A DNA stretch of 62,981 nucleotides, counting the filler, from Phoronis australis (taxonomy: Eukaryota; Animalia; Phoronida), in NCBI GenBank assembly GCA_002633005.1. It is 6 parts of 6 records of this genome, joined end to end, with 100 filler letters (N's around TTAATTAATTAA, not from the genome) between each part and the next. Parts side by side here need not be neighbours in the genome. Positions count along the whole stretch, not along the records: positions 45,687 to 52,878 come from NMRA01002058.1; positions 52,979 to 60,140 come from NMRA01002064.1; positions 60,241 to 62,981 come from NMRA01003456.1; 3 more parts are not named here. The stretch is one strand, 5' to 3'. A model generated the notes under the pieces. That model did not search any database. It was given only the letters and a program-made list of their open reading frames with translations, and was not told the DNA's origin. Each line of letters begins with the position of its first letter. Positions within the stretch are counted from its first letter, which is position 1. Of the stretch, positions 52,001 through 62,981 are shown piece after piece. Made by a program: the position numbers and the translations under genes.

Positions 52001-52333
52001 CTTTTGATGTAGTGCTTAGTGTTGGGACGAGGCTGAGAGCAACTACGTTTTGGAAGGTTTGGTTTGCTTACCTGTTGCATCACCTTTGTTTTTAACGAAA
52101 GCACTGTTGACAAAAGTAGATGCTAGTGCCCATCCGGTAGCCCGACACGCCCACACACATGCTCGCCAGCATTCATTGCACCGTCAGCCATTTGATTGAT
52201 ACCTGTCATGTTGGTCGTTTTCCATGTGACTAACACGATCATGTCTTATAATGTCTTAGGTGCATCGCGGGGATTTGCATTTGTGGAGTTTCATAACGTG
52301 CAAGACGCCCAGCGCTGGATGGAACAGAACAAG
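49021..52333 (+). CDS. RBM5/RBM10: RBM5/RBM10-family splicing regulator, 5' part (exons ~49021-49339, 50148-50421, 50873-51061, 51454-51523, 52260-52333)
   Basis: RD/RE-rich N-terminus, then RRM1: PSDTILLRSLPMFVNEAH-IQTALMSFDGTAKDVRHMKRRET-GASRGFAFVEFHNVQDAQRWMEQNK (compare RBM5 DVRLMKRKTGVSRGFAFVEF...WMEANQ). Phases are consistent; the start codon is unresolved. Confidence 0.92.
49331..49516 (+). repeat. 31-bp minisatellite (6 units), each containing the CAG|GTATGT donor
   Basis: Unit GAGAGACAGGTATGTTGGTATTGGGCGTGTA starting at 49331, 49362, 49393, 49424, 49455 and 49486. Confidence 0.95.
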
Positions 52334-52878
52334 GTTTTATCTTCAATTCAATCTGTCTGTCTCTCGGTATAGTAGAACGCCGCGGCCATCACGTGCCCGG
52401 CAGTGTGGTCGTAGCCTGTGCTCGAATGACGACTGGCTCCCAGCGGAGTCGGTCGTCCTGGCCAGAGAACTCAGACCTTCAGCCGAAGTGTGAGGTTAGG
52501 CTAACTTAACTGAGCGTAGGCAGAAAACCCAGTGAATAGTGACTGCGAGTGTGTGGGGGAAACGTGTGAATTTTGAACAAAATGTTTTGAATCACTTGCC
52601 AAACGCTGTAGTTTGTAATCTGGACACCCAATTTCTTCATTCATTACAACATCAAAGACCATGAATTTAAATTAAAATTATGTTGTTTTGAATAAAAAGT
52701 AAGGAAAGGGATTCCAACTCTTTTTGGATTCCAGATTTTGAAGTGTTCAGGCAAAGCTAAATTTGAGCATTCAGTTATGATGGCGTGTATGTTTCAACCT
52801 ATCCTGGGCCCGGTCTCCAATCTCCGTACTCAGACTCATACTCATACTCGAGATTTCATACTCAAAATCGTGCTCACT

Positions 52879-52978
52879 NNNNNNNNNNNNNNNNNNNNNN
52901 NNNNNNNNNNNNNNNNNNNNNNTTAATTAATTAANNNNNNNNNNNNNNNNNNNNNNNNNNNNNNNNNNNNNNNNNNNN
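52879..52978. other. Artificial contig spacer
   Basis: 44 N + TTAATTAATTAA + 44 N. Confidence 0.97.
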
Positions 52979-53011
52979 GTCTGGGCCAACAGAGGCGATG
53001 GTCATTGCCTA
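52979..53011. mobile_element. Right TIR tip of the Mutator-like family at the contig start
   Basis: GGGCCAACAGAGGCGATGGTCATTGCCTA. Confidence 0.85.
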
Positions 53012-53333
53012 GGTTAACTAAAGTCAGGTTAGCATCACGTTGCAAACGCCGTCACAGCTCTCACACAGAGCCGTACACGGCCAGTATTACACGTCGGCTC
53101 AGCCGTGCATATAATCCAGGGCTCTAGCAGTGATCTCCTCAGTCGCGGCGCGATGAAAATCGTTACAAGCCTTACGCCGAACTACATAACCTACTACTGA
53201 ATGCCGCAGGCATACACGATGATTTGGCGTAGTTGGCAGGCCCATTCACTCAGCTAGGTAATATTACCCCACAGGCGTCCTCAGCTTCTGATCGTCCCCG
53301 ATGTAGTGTACTGGGGACGATCACAAGCAGAGC

Positions 53334-53399
53334 TAGGCAATGACCATCGCCTCTGTTGGCCCGAAGCTTCGGGCCAACAGAGGCGATGGTCATTGCCTA
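53334..53399. mobile_element. 66-bp perfect-palindrome minimal Mutator-like element
   Basis: TAGGCAATGACCATCGCCTCTGTTGGCCCGAAG plus its exact reverse complement; 9-bp TSD AAGCAGAGC (53325-53333 and 53400-53408). Confidence 0.92.
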
Positions 53400-53851
53400 A
53401 AGCAGAGCCAGAGGACGCCTGTGTATTACCCGTTAGCGAGTGGCTAACAGAGGCTCATAAATGCACCGGAACCACGTTTTCACAACAGTAAGGTCCGCGA
53501 GCCAGACCTAACATTTGACTGAAAACATACTGAAACACCGAAGAGCTCAGAATTACCTGTCAATAAAACTCGAGCCAAAACAACAACAACGGCAGTGCCT
53601 TCAAGTGCTATTACCTCGCCACAATTTTAATAAATGTGTCGTTGCCGTCGCGCACGTGTTGCACCTGCCTTTCAGATCTATGACTATGGCTATATCTTGT
53701 TTCTCGTCCTGCAAAGTCATTTTAGCCTGCTTTATCTGACATAGAAGGTAACCTTTGTGACTTACAGAGGTAAAATACTACATGAAACTCGAGCAAAGCT
53801 ATGATCATGCGCAGGGCATGTTTTTAATTAGCCAGCCATCTAGCTGTTATG

Positions 53852-54461
53852 TAGGCAATGACCATCGCCTCTGTTGGCCCGAACCAGAGGCGATGTAGAG
53901 GCTATAGGCGCTCTGTAGGCCGGAAGCTTTTCGGCGAATTATGCCTCGCACCGACTAAACCATCAAAGTCACGTTGTTATAAATACCTTTTGCGCATAGA
54001 GGAACACCTTAGGAGGTTGTCGATGTGATTAATTCCTTCCAACTCGAACAAATACTCCCGTTATGAAACTTTTTCTTTGAGCAGTCCCTATTTCAGTTCC
54101 CAAAATCGTGAACTCACCATTTTTATACTGCGCACGCTCCAATTCATGACCTCAATCTTTAAATAGGCCAAAGGTGAGCCATTGCNATGAAAAAGTTGAT
54201 TTCACGATTTTGGGAACTGAAATAGGGACTGCTCGAAGAAAAAGTTTCATAACGGGAGTATTTGTTCGAGTTGGAAGAACTTAAACACATCGACAACCTC
54301 CTAAGGTGTTCGTCTATGCGCAAAAGGTAGTTATAACAACGTGGCTTTGATGGTTTAGTCGGTGCGAGGCATAATTCGCCGAAAAGCTTCCGGCGTACAG
54401 AGCGCTTGTAGCCTCTACATCGCCTCTGGTTCGGGCCAACAGAGGCGATGGTCATTGCCTA
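53852..54461. mobile_element. 610-bp Mutator-like foldback MITE
   Basis: ~260-bp TIRs beginning TAGGCAATGACC; 9-bp TSD GCTGTTATG (53843-53851 and 54462-54470); inserted just inside the end of the ~770-bp repeat. Confidence 0.93.
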
Positions 54462-54470
54462 GCTGTTATG

Positions 54471-55218
54471 TAGCCTTGGTAGTTGGTACAAAGCTGTATA
54501 TTTATGTACAGCTTTGCACCGATGCGAGTAAAAAAGTGGTAACATAAAATCTGACACAAAATTAGTGTCATTAAAAACTACAGCCTTCCTTGAGTAAATT
54601 AAATTATTTAACGGTGTTGGCAAAAATGTTCTTCTACCGTTATTCTGCTGCTAAAGTTGTGGAGCGATCTTTAAGTGACGGCTTTCGGCATCATGAAATT
54701 TTGCGTCACCTATTGGCCAGTTTCTTTTTTCACCGATTCTTCAATCAACTGTTGTTCTTTCACAGGGTTGCGTACACGTCACAACAAATTATCAGAACTG
54801 GTTTCACTTCATTAATAGTTTTTAGAATTTTGGTACCGAAAAATCGAATTTCAGAAGAAATTTTGTTGCTGCCAAGCTTTCATCATCTCCCGAGAGATGT
54901 TGCAAAAATTTAGGAAATGGCGCGTGCGTGTGACACGAGCGTACTGTTTTCAAAACGACGAAATACTAATCATTGTTAGAAAAGGCAGAGTTATGCAAGA
55001 AAATAACGTTTATTGCATTGTTTTTCACTTAAACGGCTGTAACGGGCAAGGTGAGTGTCGGTTGACTCCCAGATTTTGCATGCACACTGTCCGGTCTTTA
55101 GCTTTACATGTTGATACAAGGTTTCACGGCGCGGTGACGAGTAGAACTAAACTGACTGCGTGCAATTTCGGGGTCTACGGAAGAAATACACGCAGTGGAA
55201 CCAGTCTTCATACAGCTA
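54471..55218 (+). mobile_element. Second copy of the ~770-bp interspersed repeat
   Basis: Collinear with 47879-48630. Confidence 0.85.
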
Positions 55219-55515
55219 GAAGACTATCGGTTGTAAAAAATACTCTCGAGTACAGATCACTGTGACTTTGCGTTAAAATGCTCTCCAATAGACCTCGAAA
55301 TTTCACACCGTCCGTGTAGTTCTGCTCGTCACCTCACTGTTAAACAGAGCAGGCAGGAGTGCATGCTGGGAATCAACCAACACTCATTAGAAGGTGTTAG
55401 ATGTGACTCACTGTCTTACTTAAGCTGGCCTCAGTAGAGATGTTGAAGGGAGCGTTATAGGTCGGAAGCTTTTGGGGGAATTATGCCTCACACTGATTAA
55501 AACAACAAAGTCCCA

Positions 55516-56238
55516 GGCACTAGTCGGATATAATGGACCCTAACTTATTCCAAATAAATCCACTAAATGTGGGTCTAAATGAATGATTTTGATATCGTTG
55601 CATTCCTTAAACATCTGGCTATCCATACATGTCCATCTCACGACCCTCAATTACTCCGTTCTATAACTACGCTATTCCGAACTCAGTCCACTTTAGCCAC
55701 GTGCACTGTGAAATCGGCAGCCATTTCAGGGAACTTACTATACCTAGCACCATCTATTGGTGATCTGCTACAACATGCGCTGTTCCTTTTTCAGCAGTCA
55801 ACATCATTGGTCGATGTTGTCAATTATTAACGTCATCATTAATAATCATCGTTATGTCTGCTCTCGTCATCCTCTCTCGCCATCTTATCGGTCATCGTCA
55901 TGTTATCGTCGTCCATGAGACAAGTACGATGACGCTAATAATTGACGAAATTGACCACTGATGTTGACTGATGACAAAGTAACATCGCGTGTTGTAGCAG
56001 ATTGCCGATAGATGGCGCTAGGTATAGTAAGCTCCCTGAAATAGCTGCCAATTTCACAAGGCGCTTGGCTAAAGTGGACCGAGCTCGGAATAGCGTAGTT
56101 ATAGAATGGAGTAATTGAGTGTCGTGAGGTGGATATGTCCGGATAGCCAGATGTCTGAGGAATGCAACGATATCAAAATCACTTATTTAGTTCCACATTT
56201 AGTGGATTTATTTGGGTCCATTATATCCGACTAGTGTC
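55516..56238. mobile_element. Foldback element with ~330-bp TIRs, nested in an old copy of the Mutator-like MITE
   Basis: GGCACTAGTCGGATATAATGGACCC ... GGGTCCATTATATCCGACTAGTGTC, flanked by a CCA duplication. The flanks (~55420-55515 and 56242-56515) rejoin into a degenerate copy of the 53852 element. Confidence 0.85.
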
Positions 56239-56529
56239 CCATTGTTATAAGTACCTTTTGCGCTTGCTCCTGGCAGGCGTGGTAAAAATGGGACCACACG
56301 CAGTTGCTGATTTGGGCTGCTCGAAGAAAGTGTTTGATTACAGGAAGTATTTGTCGAAGTTGTAAGGAATTAAAGACATTGACAGCCTCTTAAGGTGTTC
56401 CTCTATGCACAACAGCTACACATAGCAACGTGACTTAAATATTTTAATCAGTGTGAAGCATAAATTGCCATATTAAGCTCTTATATGAGCTTCACCGTCT
56501 CTACTGGGGCCAGCTAGATATCATGGTCT

Positions 56530-57062
56530 CTGGCTACTTGTCCATTACAGCCGTTTAAGTGCAAAACAATGTAATAAATCATTTTCTTGTATAATTCTCT
56601 GCCATTTGTAACGAAGAAAAGTTTATCGTCGTCTTAAAAACAGTCCGTTCGTGACATGCACACGCGCTATTTCCTAAATTTTTACGACATCTCTCGGGAT
56701 ATTTGGCTGCTTCTCAGCAGCAAAGCTTGTTCTCAAATCCGATTTGCTGGTAGCAAAATACCAAAAACTTGTAATGAAATGAAACCAGTTCCAATAATTT
56801 GTTATGACATATATGCAACTGCATGGAAAAAAGACAGTTGACTGAAGAGTCGGCGAAAAAATAGACCTATAGGTGACGCTATATTTCGTCTTACCAAAAG
56901 CGAGCACATAGATGACTTCACAACTGTAGCTGTAGTATAATGGTAGAATGTTTACTGAAGATGAAATGAAGTTTTTAATGACACTAATTTTGTGTCGGAT
57001 TTTATCTGGTCATTTTTTTACCCACATCGTCACAAAACTATATTTAGTTTGTAACAAGGCTA
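56530..57062 (-). mobile_element. Inverted, more diverged copy of the ~770-bp repeat
   Basis: Reverse-complement similarity, e.g. TTTCCTAAATTTTTACGACATCTCTCGGG and TTTTTAATGACACTAATTTTGTGTC. Confidence 0.8.
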
Positions 57063-57253
57063 GTTTTTAATGAGAAGCCCAGAGCCAGAAGACCAGCTTA
57101 TCGAACTTTTTTGCGTTCGATTACAGTTATTGTAGATGACTGTACATGTGACCGAAGCTTCAAATGTAAGGAGGGCTTGCATACTGAAGTCTAATGTGTG
57201 AACAGTGGTTTTCAGCAACTAGCTTGTTTTGTTGTTTGTAGGTCACATGCTTC

Positions 57254-59880
57254 ATGGAGTCTTCCGACGAGGATGTTCCTGAGTTGGTTCCATTAGAGCG
57301 TTCTGCATCATGTGTCAAGAAAGTGCCAATAACCATTATAACAGGATGTCTAGGTATCTTGGTATTATTTTGCCCTAAGGCAATGAGCAAACCTGTAAAA
57401 CAGACCATGATCATAAACACTAGTTTCATCATTAAACTAAGTTCACATTAATTTGCTCTGACTTTACATGCATTGGTTTTTATGCAGCGTTATGTGTGTA
57501 CGTGGGTGCATTGTACCACATGTTTGTGTGCCCGCCATTCTGGCATCCGCTTTCAGATCTCCAGAGCCCCTTCGTGGTTATTTGTGAAGTTTTGTATACA
57601 TCATGTTCCTATGATGGTTGGGACGACATGAGTGAACAGTTGTGTTAGTTGCAATTTTTTACGTTCAAGCCTCTTTATCTTTGGAGTTCTGTGACATAAC
57701 TTTCATGAAATTTGGCAAATAGGTATCTATTAAAGAGATGACGCAGCCTTCTCATTTTTGGGATGAATGCAACATATTGTGTGCCACCCTGTCGTTTTTT
57801 TCTTATCAACTTTTTGCGGCCAAACCAATCTAAGGCATAATTATGTGTTCCTACTATGATGATTTTTGGTAAGTGACAAGGGATGGCCAGGACTTTTGAA
57901 TGGATGTGACTACTTTTGTGCCCTCTAGTGGCATTTTTAGTTTCTTTTGTATCTTTGGTGTCAGGAAATTTGGCAGGGAGGATACTATTAAATAAAGGAT
58001 ACCTTTTAGTTTTTGGAAAAACTCAATGTATTGGAGGCCACTAATTGGTCTCTATATCATTTTCTAGTTTTTGTTGTCTTCCTCAGTGTCAGAGAAACCA
58101 CTTTAAGGATCAGTATGAATATTGCCATGAATGTGTTCTTTAATATACTTAGAAGAGCACAGCTGACCATGATTTCCAGGCATCTCTGTCAACGCAAACT
58201 CGACATTTTTATTGAGAAGACGCATTTTTACAAATTAAAGAGAATCAGTTGCCTGGAACGTTTCATGAACGTCAACAATGCAAACCAGAGGCAGTCATAT
58301 TTGTCACCAGGAACACTCTTTTTTCACAACGCAGCCCGATATTTCAAATGAGATGGCGCATTTTTGAAAAAAATTCCGTCACTTGCCGAGAATCGGCAAT
58401 GCAAGCCAAATATTTCATATTGAGAAGGAGCATTTTTGAAAAGAAGAAACAACACTTGTCGGGAACGTGCTTTGTGCGTCGGCAATGCAAATTTCTTATT
58501 GGGAAAGCCAGTTTTTCAAAAATTAATCTCGCAGACCGTTTGAGTCCCATTGACCAGCAATTATACTGCTATCAAATGACTGAGCCAGCAATGTTGATTC
58601 TATGACCGCTCATGATCGAAGTCATGTACACTTACGAAATTCGGACACGAGTGGAAACCCAAATTTGGAAGTCCACCACAAAAATGACATTTCGCAAGAT
58701 TCGTCCAAGAATGAATTATTTCTATTGGAATTAATTTTGAGTGTCCGAAAATCGCGTGACTTTACCTTAATGTGGCACCACCAAGTGGCTGTTTTTGTGG
58801 GTTGGCAGCTGTATCGCTAAAGCTCCTGCATGATTTTCTTTTTTGTTAAATTGACTGGTGTATTTCAAGGAACGTGGCGACGAGTTTCAGATGGGTCCAA
58901 GTCCTATTACTGTTGTGCACCATAATGGCAATTTTTGTCTTTTCGAGTCCATATCTTTAGAGTTACTAGACAGATTTTTGTGAAAATTGGCAAAAAGATT
59001 GCTATTGAAGAGACGAGAACACATACCATTTTTGTATGGATTTGATGTAGTATTGTAAGCCACCTAGTAGCNTATTTCAAGGAACGTGGCGACGAGTTTC
59101 AGATGGGTCCAAGTCCTATTACTGTTGTGCACCATAATGGCAATTTTTTGTCTTTTCGAGTCCATATCTTTAGAGTTACTAGACAGATTTTTGTGAAACT
59201 TGGCAAAAAGCTTGCTATTGAAGAGACGAGAACACATACCATTTTTGTATGGATTTGATGTAGTATTGTAAGCCACCTAGTAGCCGTTTTTATTATTTTC
59301 AATTCACTTAGTCGGAACATATATTAATTGTAATGATTGATGATAACCCTTGCATGAAATGAATATATGCAATGTTAATTGGAATTCTTATGAATTGCTT
59401 AGGTACAGGGGTCTGGCTCAACTAAGGGGAAAGATGCTTATACCTTAGGAGGGTATTTTTTGCTTGATGGAAACCCTTCAAGTAGACAAAACATTCGTTT
59501 TGTGCAATTGATTCTAAGCTTGTGGGAAATTTTGTCAGTCATTTTAATGGGACTTATATTCTACCCTTAGTCATGAAGGGCCCTGATATCATGTTGTATT
59601 GAATTCAGAAAAATGATTGGCATGAATTCTTATATTAATTTATTACAATTTTTGAACAACCAAAAATGACCCTGTACCATTTTTAAAGTTGTTGTCTGCT
59701 TGCTAGTTCCCGATTGATAATCCTGTGTTTTTGCTTATGAAGTGAAAACCATGTAATTAACCAAATGTTTTTTGCATAACTTTGTTTTAACAGGTGCCGG
59801 CAAGACTACACTACTTAACTACATATTGACTGAACAGCATGGAAAGAAAATTGCAGTTATCCTCAATGAGTTCGGAGAAG
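57254..59880 (+). CDS. ZNG1: ZNG1/CBWD (COG0523 zinc-regulated GTPase metallochaperone), first two coding exons (57254-57353, 59794-59880)
   Basis: [14 protein letters not shown]...[40 protein letters not shown]: PELVP METAP1-docking motif, Walker A and NEFGE motif; phase 1-1. Confidence 0.93.
58861..59284. repeat. Near-perfect ~212-bp tandem duplication with an N at the junction (likely assembly artefact)
   Basis: 58861-59072 matches 59074-59284; N at 59073. Confidence 0.85.
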
Positions 59881-60024
59881 GTATGTGCAATGATTGTTTA
59901 TTTGATTTCCATGAAGCATTATTTGCCAGAAAACTGCTTAGGCTTTGGAGCATTCTTCAAAGGCATGTTCTGGATTTCTTGTGGTTCTTTGTCAGCTCAA
60001 GATAAACTAAACAAGACAGACTGC

Positions 60025-60140
60025 TTATTCCAAGACCCACTATTTATTCCAAGACTCACTATTTATTCCAAGACCCACTATTTATTCCAAGACTCACTAT
60101 TTATTCCAAGACTCACTATTTATTCCAAGACCCACTATTT
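60025..60140. repeat. 19-bp minisatellite running into the gap
   Basis: Unit TTATTCCAAGACYCACTAT x~6. Confidence 0.93.
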
Positions 60141-60240
60141 NNNNNNNNNNNNNNNNNNNNNNNNNNNNNNNNNNNNNNNNNNNNTTAATTAATTAANNNN
60201 NNNNNNNNNNNNNNNNNNNNNNNNNNNNNNNNNNNNNNNN
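60141..60240. other. Artificial contig spacer
   Basis: 44 N + TTAATTAATTAA + 44 N. Confidence 0.97.
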
Positions 60241-62447
60241 GCGTGGTTGCGCTGCACGCGAAACAAGATGGCGGGCGAACTTTGGAGCCTGACGAAAATA
60301 GGTAACCGGACGATACAATATGTGTAGAATGTGTTTTTGATGAGGTGAAAACTCAAAATCAGTGGCCAGATTTGGCCTACCACCCGTTTAAAATACATGG
60401 GACAAAATGCATACAGAAAGCGATGGGAAGTATTGTAGCCCCTAAATGGCCTACCGAGGGGCTACGAGTTGCCTATTTGAATGGGCGCTCCAGGAGTCCG
60501 GAGGGTGACTGAAATTCTCCAGAGTTCAGAACATGTTTCTGCTAATGAAGAATACGAAGAGGTGTCACAGTGTTTATTACTAGCAAACTAGGAAAATTAA
60601 AGTAAAACAAAAAGGATGATAATAAGGAGATATATGGTTAGTTTCGATTTACTACTCAACAGGTTTCGGCAGTTCTAGACAGGGATTTTTTCGTGAACAT
60701 GACACGTCACACAGGCCTACACGCACTTGCTTCCTGGAAAGCGGGAATATATCAACTAATTCATCAAAAACTGTTGTCGCAAACTACTCGATAGTAACAC
60801 ACTGCGTACAGATCAAGCACGTACCCTTTCCTTCCCAGCTTGAAGCTTTTTCTGTCGCTCTTCCTCATCCATTTTCTTAACAAGTCTTATTCAATATGGC
60901 GGAAGCCACTCACCGCCAAATGTCCAACGTTAGAGGGCGCTTTGCTGTNTGCTAAGAGATGCGTGTGCCCAGAACTACCAATAAGTTGACAAGTTGAATA
61001 TTGTTGTTGATGCATCATAGATCGTATACCAGGAACGGACATGGCCCTGGCTTCAGGGTCACAACTGAGCCTATGATAAGTTCGCCTCAAGTCGGATATT
61101 TTCATCATCGTTCCCTGTTCCAAATCGAAATAAAACTTTAAATAGGTGTGAAGTGAATGCCTCTCTACCGCAATTAAATTATACGTTCAGTCGCCTCCGG
61201 CCGTAGATAGTGTGCTCACAACAGGTTTCAATGGACCCGTTGTACGTGAATAAAGAAAAACTCAAAATTGCCTACTGATTTTTGGTACTTTACATGCACA
61301 TCATCGGATACAACTACCAGGATAATCCTCTTTGGATTCGTTAGAAGGATACCTGACCAAACCCGGCCGCAGGGTTTTGACGAGAGCTTAGTTCGCAAAC
61401 TAAGCGACGTGAAGTGATCAATGAATAATCACGCGTACCTCATTACACGTCATTGTTGACTGTGACGTAATCCCAACAGTGTTTAAGCTAATACAGAGGG
61501 ATTCGCGTCGCTTTAAACGCGAAGCCTGTGACCCTTTTTTAATTTTTAATTGGTTGGACATCGAAAAGATTAATTTTTGATAAAATTTTCAATCTTTGCT
61601 TCAGTATAAATTGAGCACGATTCTTTTGTCTATAAATGTTCTTAAAGTTTAGTTGTAAGAAAGCATTTTTTCCAAACTCTATTCTGCCGGTGTTCGCTGG
61701 ATATGATGGAACTAAAATGGATTTTTACAAATATGATTTTGTGTTTTTAAAATCTGTTCATGCTTAATTTAAATGTATCTATTTATTTTAAACTGCAAAT
61801 AAATTTCGCATTCCAAGAATTGGTCATTTCACGCAGGCGTTCGTAGAAACGACTTTTATCACATTCACATAGGCGGATTTAGGGGGGTAATAAATATTAT
61901 ATGGACGAAACAAGATTTAAATGTGTGAAGGGGGATCCAATTTCAAGTGTTAAATTCGGAACACGGCGCAATCGTAACGGAACTCAGATGGCTAAGTATA
62001 GGCTCTCTCGCGATATCCCAGGCGACCGGTAGTGGCGCTGCGCACTACGACTCCGCTTCCGTCGTCTGCTCCACTGTGCAATGAAGAAAATTACTTCATT
62101 TTTTTAAAGAAAATGGAACCTGAGTGACGATAAAAAAACAGAAGCTGCTGGTAAGATGTGAATTTTAATCGAAGCCTTAGTGAATCACTCAGAAATTCAT
62201 AATTCTCTCTTTGTCAAACTGACTTAAGACGATTTCCAAAGCAATCCCGTCATTGCCAGCACGAAAAACGGATTTGATCTTTTCAATGGCCAATTGAAGA
62301 CTATTTTAAATACAACAAATTTATTACGAACCGATTGCACGAAATATAAAACGTGTAATAAGCATTACAAAAAGAAGTAGGTTTCGCACGCAAACACCCT
62401 TGACCACTAACAAGTGGGTCTCTTAGTATCGTATTAGGAGTGAATTC

Positions 62448-62513
62448 TTGGTGGTGTAGTGGTAAAGCACGCGCGCTCTATCCGCCAGAGTTCGAGTCTG
62501 TGGTATTTGCAGT
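62448..62513 (+). pseudogene. tRNA-derived relic / SINE head
   Basis: A-box-like TGGTGTAGTGG and B-box-like GTTCGAGTC; no complete cloverleaf. Confidence 0.4.
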
Positions 62514-62981
62514 TTTCCCTGTTTCGACTCGTTTTCCGTGTTTGTTGTGCCTTTTTTGGATAATACATCAGGAATCAAGGAAAATGCTTGATTTTTAGAG
62601 GAGAAAACAGAAAAATTTCCTTCCCTACCTCCCCCCATTCGGTGCTATGCCTATGCGCATCTACAATCGTGCTTTGCGCAAATGCTTACAGACAACATGT
62701 TGCCCCACCCCCTTTGTGATATCCTAGATCCGCCACTGCATTCAGTATATATTTCTATCTTGCATGTCTGTAGCCAGAGGCGGATCTACGGGGGGAGGGT
62801 TCAGGGGGTTCAAACACCATCCCCCTCGGGACTGGATCAAACATAAAAATTGAAGAAAATTTCGCCAGAAAAACGAAATCAGCTACTAAAAACCCTCCAA
62901 AATATCAAAGAGAAGGCGGCCAACCCCCTCCCGTCCTTCCTTCAGCTCGGCGCTACGCGTCTCGGATTCGCTGGAATCCTA

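Noticed and set aside
58861-59284. Tandem duplication in the ZNG1 intron as a real event
   Set aside because: An N exactly at the junction and near identity suggest an unmerged allelic overlap.
1308-59880. Apparent metal-homeostasis cluster (ferritins plus ZNG1)
   Set aside because: The genes are on different contigs joined by artificial spacers, so there is no evidence of linkage.

Overview
Intron-rich animal (marine-invertebrate-like) genomic DNA; the species cannot be determined from sequence alone. The window is six separate contigs joined by five artificial 100-bp spacers (44 N + TTAATTAATTAA + 44 N), so adjacency across 19841, 29021, 45587, 52879 and 60141 is not biological. Genes reconstructed by hand from GT-AG sites and reading-frame phase: two tandem signal-peptide (secreted-type) ferritins on the minus strand (one complete, one missing its last exon); a highly divergent APPBP2-like TPR gene; a fast-evolving array of FN3 exons with a probable TM exon; the 5' half of an RBM5/RBM10 gene; and the first two coding exons of ZNG1/CBWD. 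Mobile DNA includes a solo LTR with a 5-bp TSD, a non-LTR retrotransposon RNase H fragment, a 9-bp-TSD (Mutator-like) TIR family with a 66-bp perfect-palindrome member, and several foldback MITEs. There is also a 5S rRNA-derived relic and an orphan kinase exon. The most unusual signals are (i) a cleanly spliced but apparently non-coding 4-exon unit with densely structured introns (41.9-43.5 kb), (ii) long-range pairing plus a candidate poison 5' splice-site extension in the RBM5/10 RRM1 introns, and (iii) two independent minisatellites made of duplicated splice sites.
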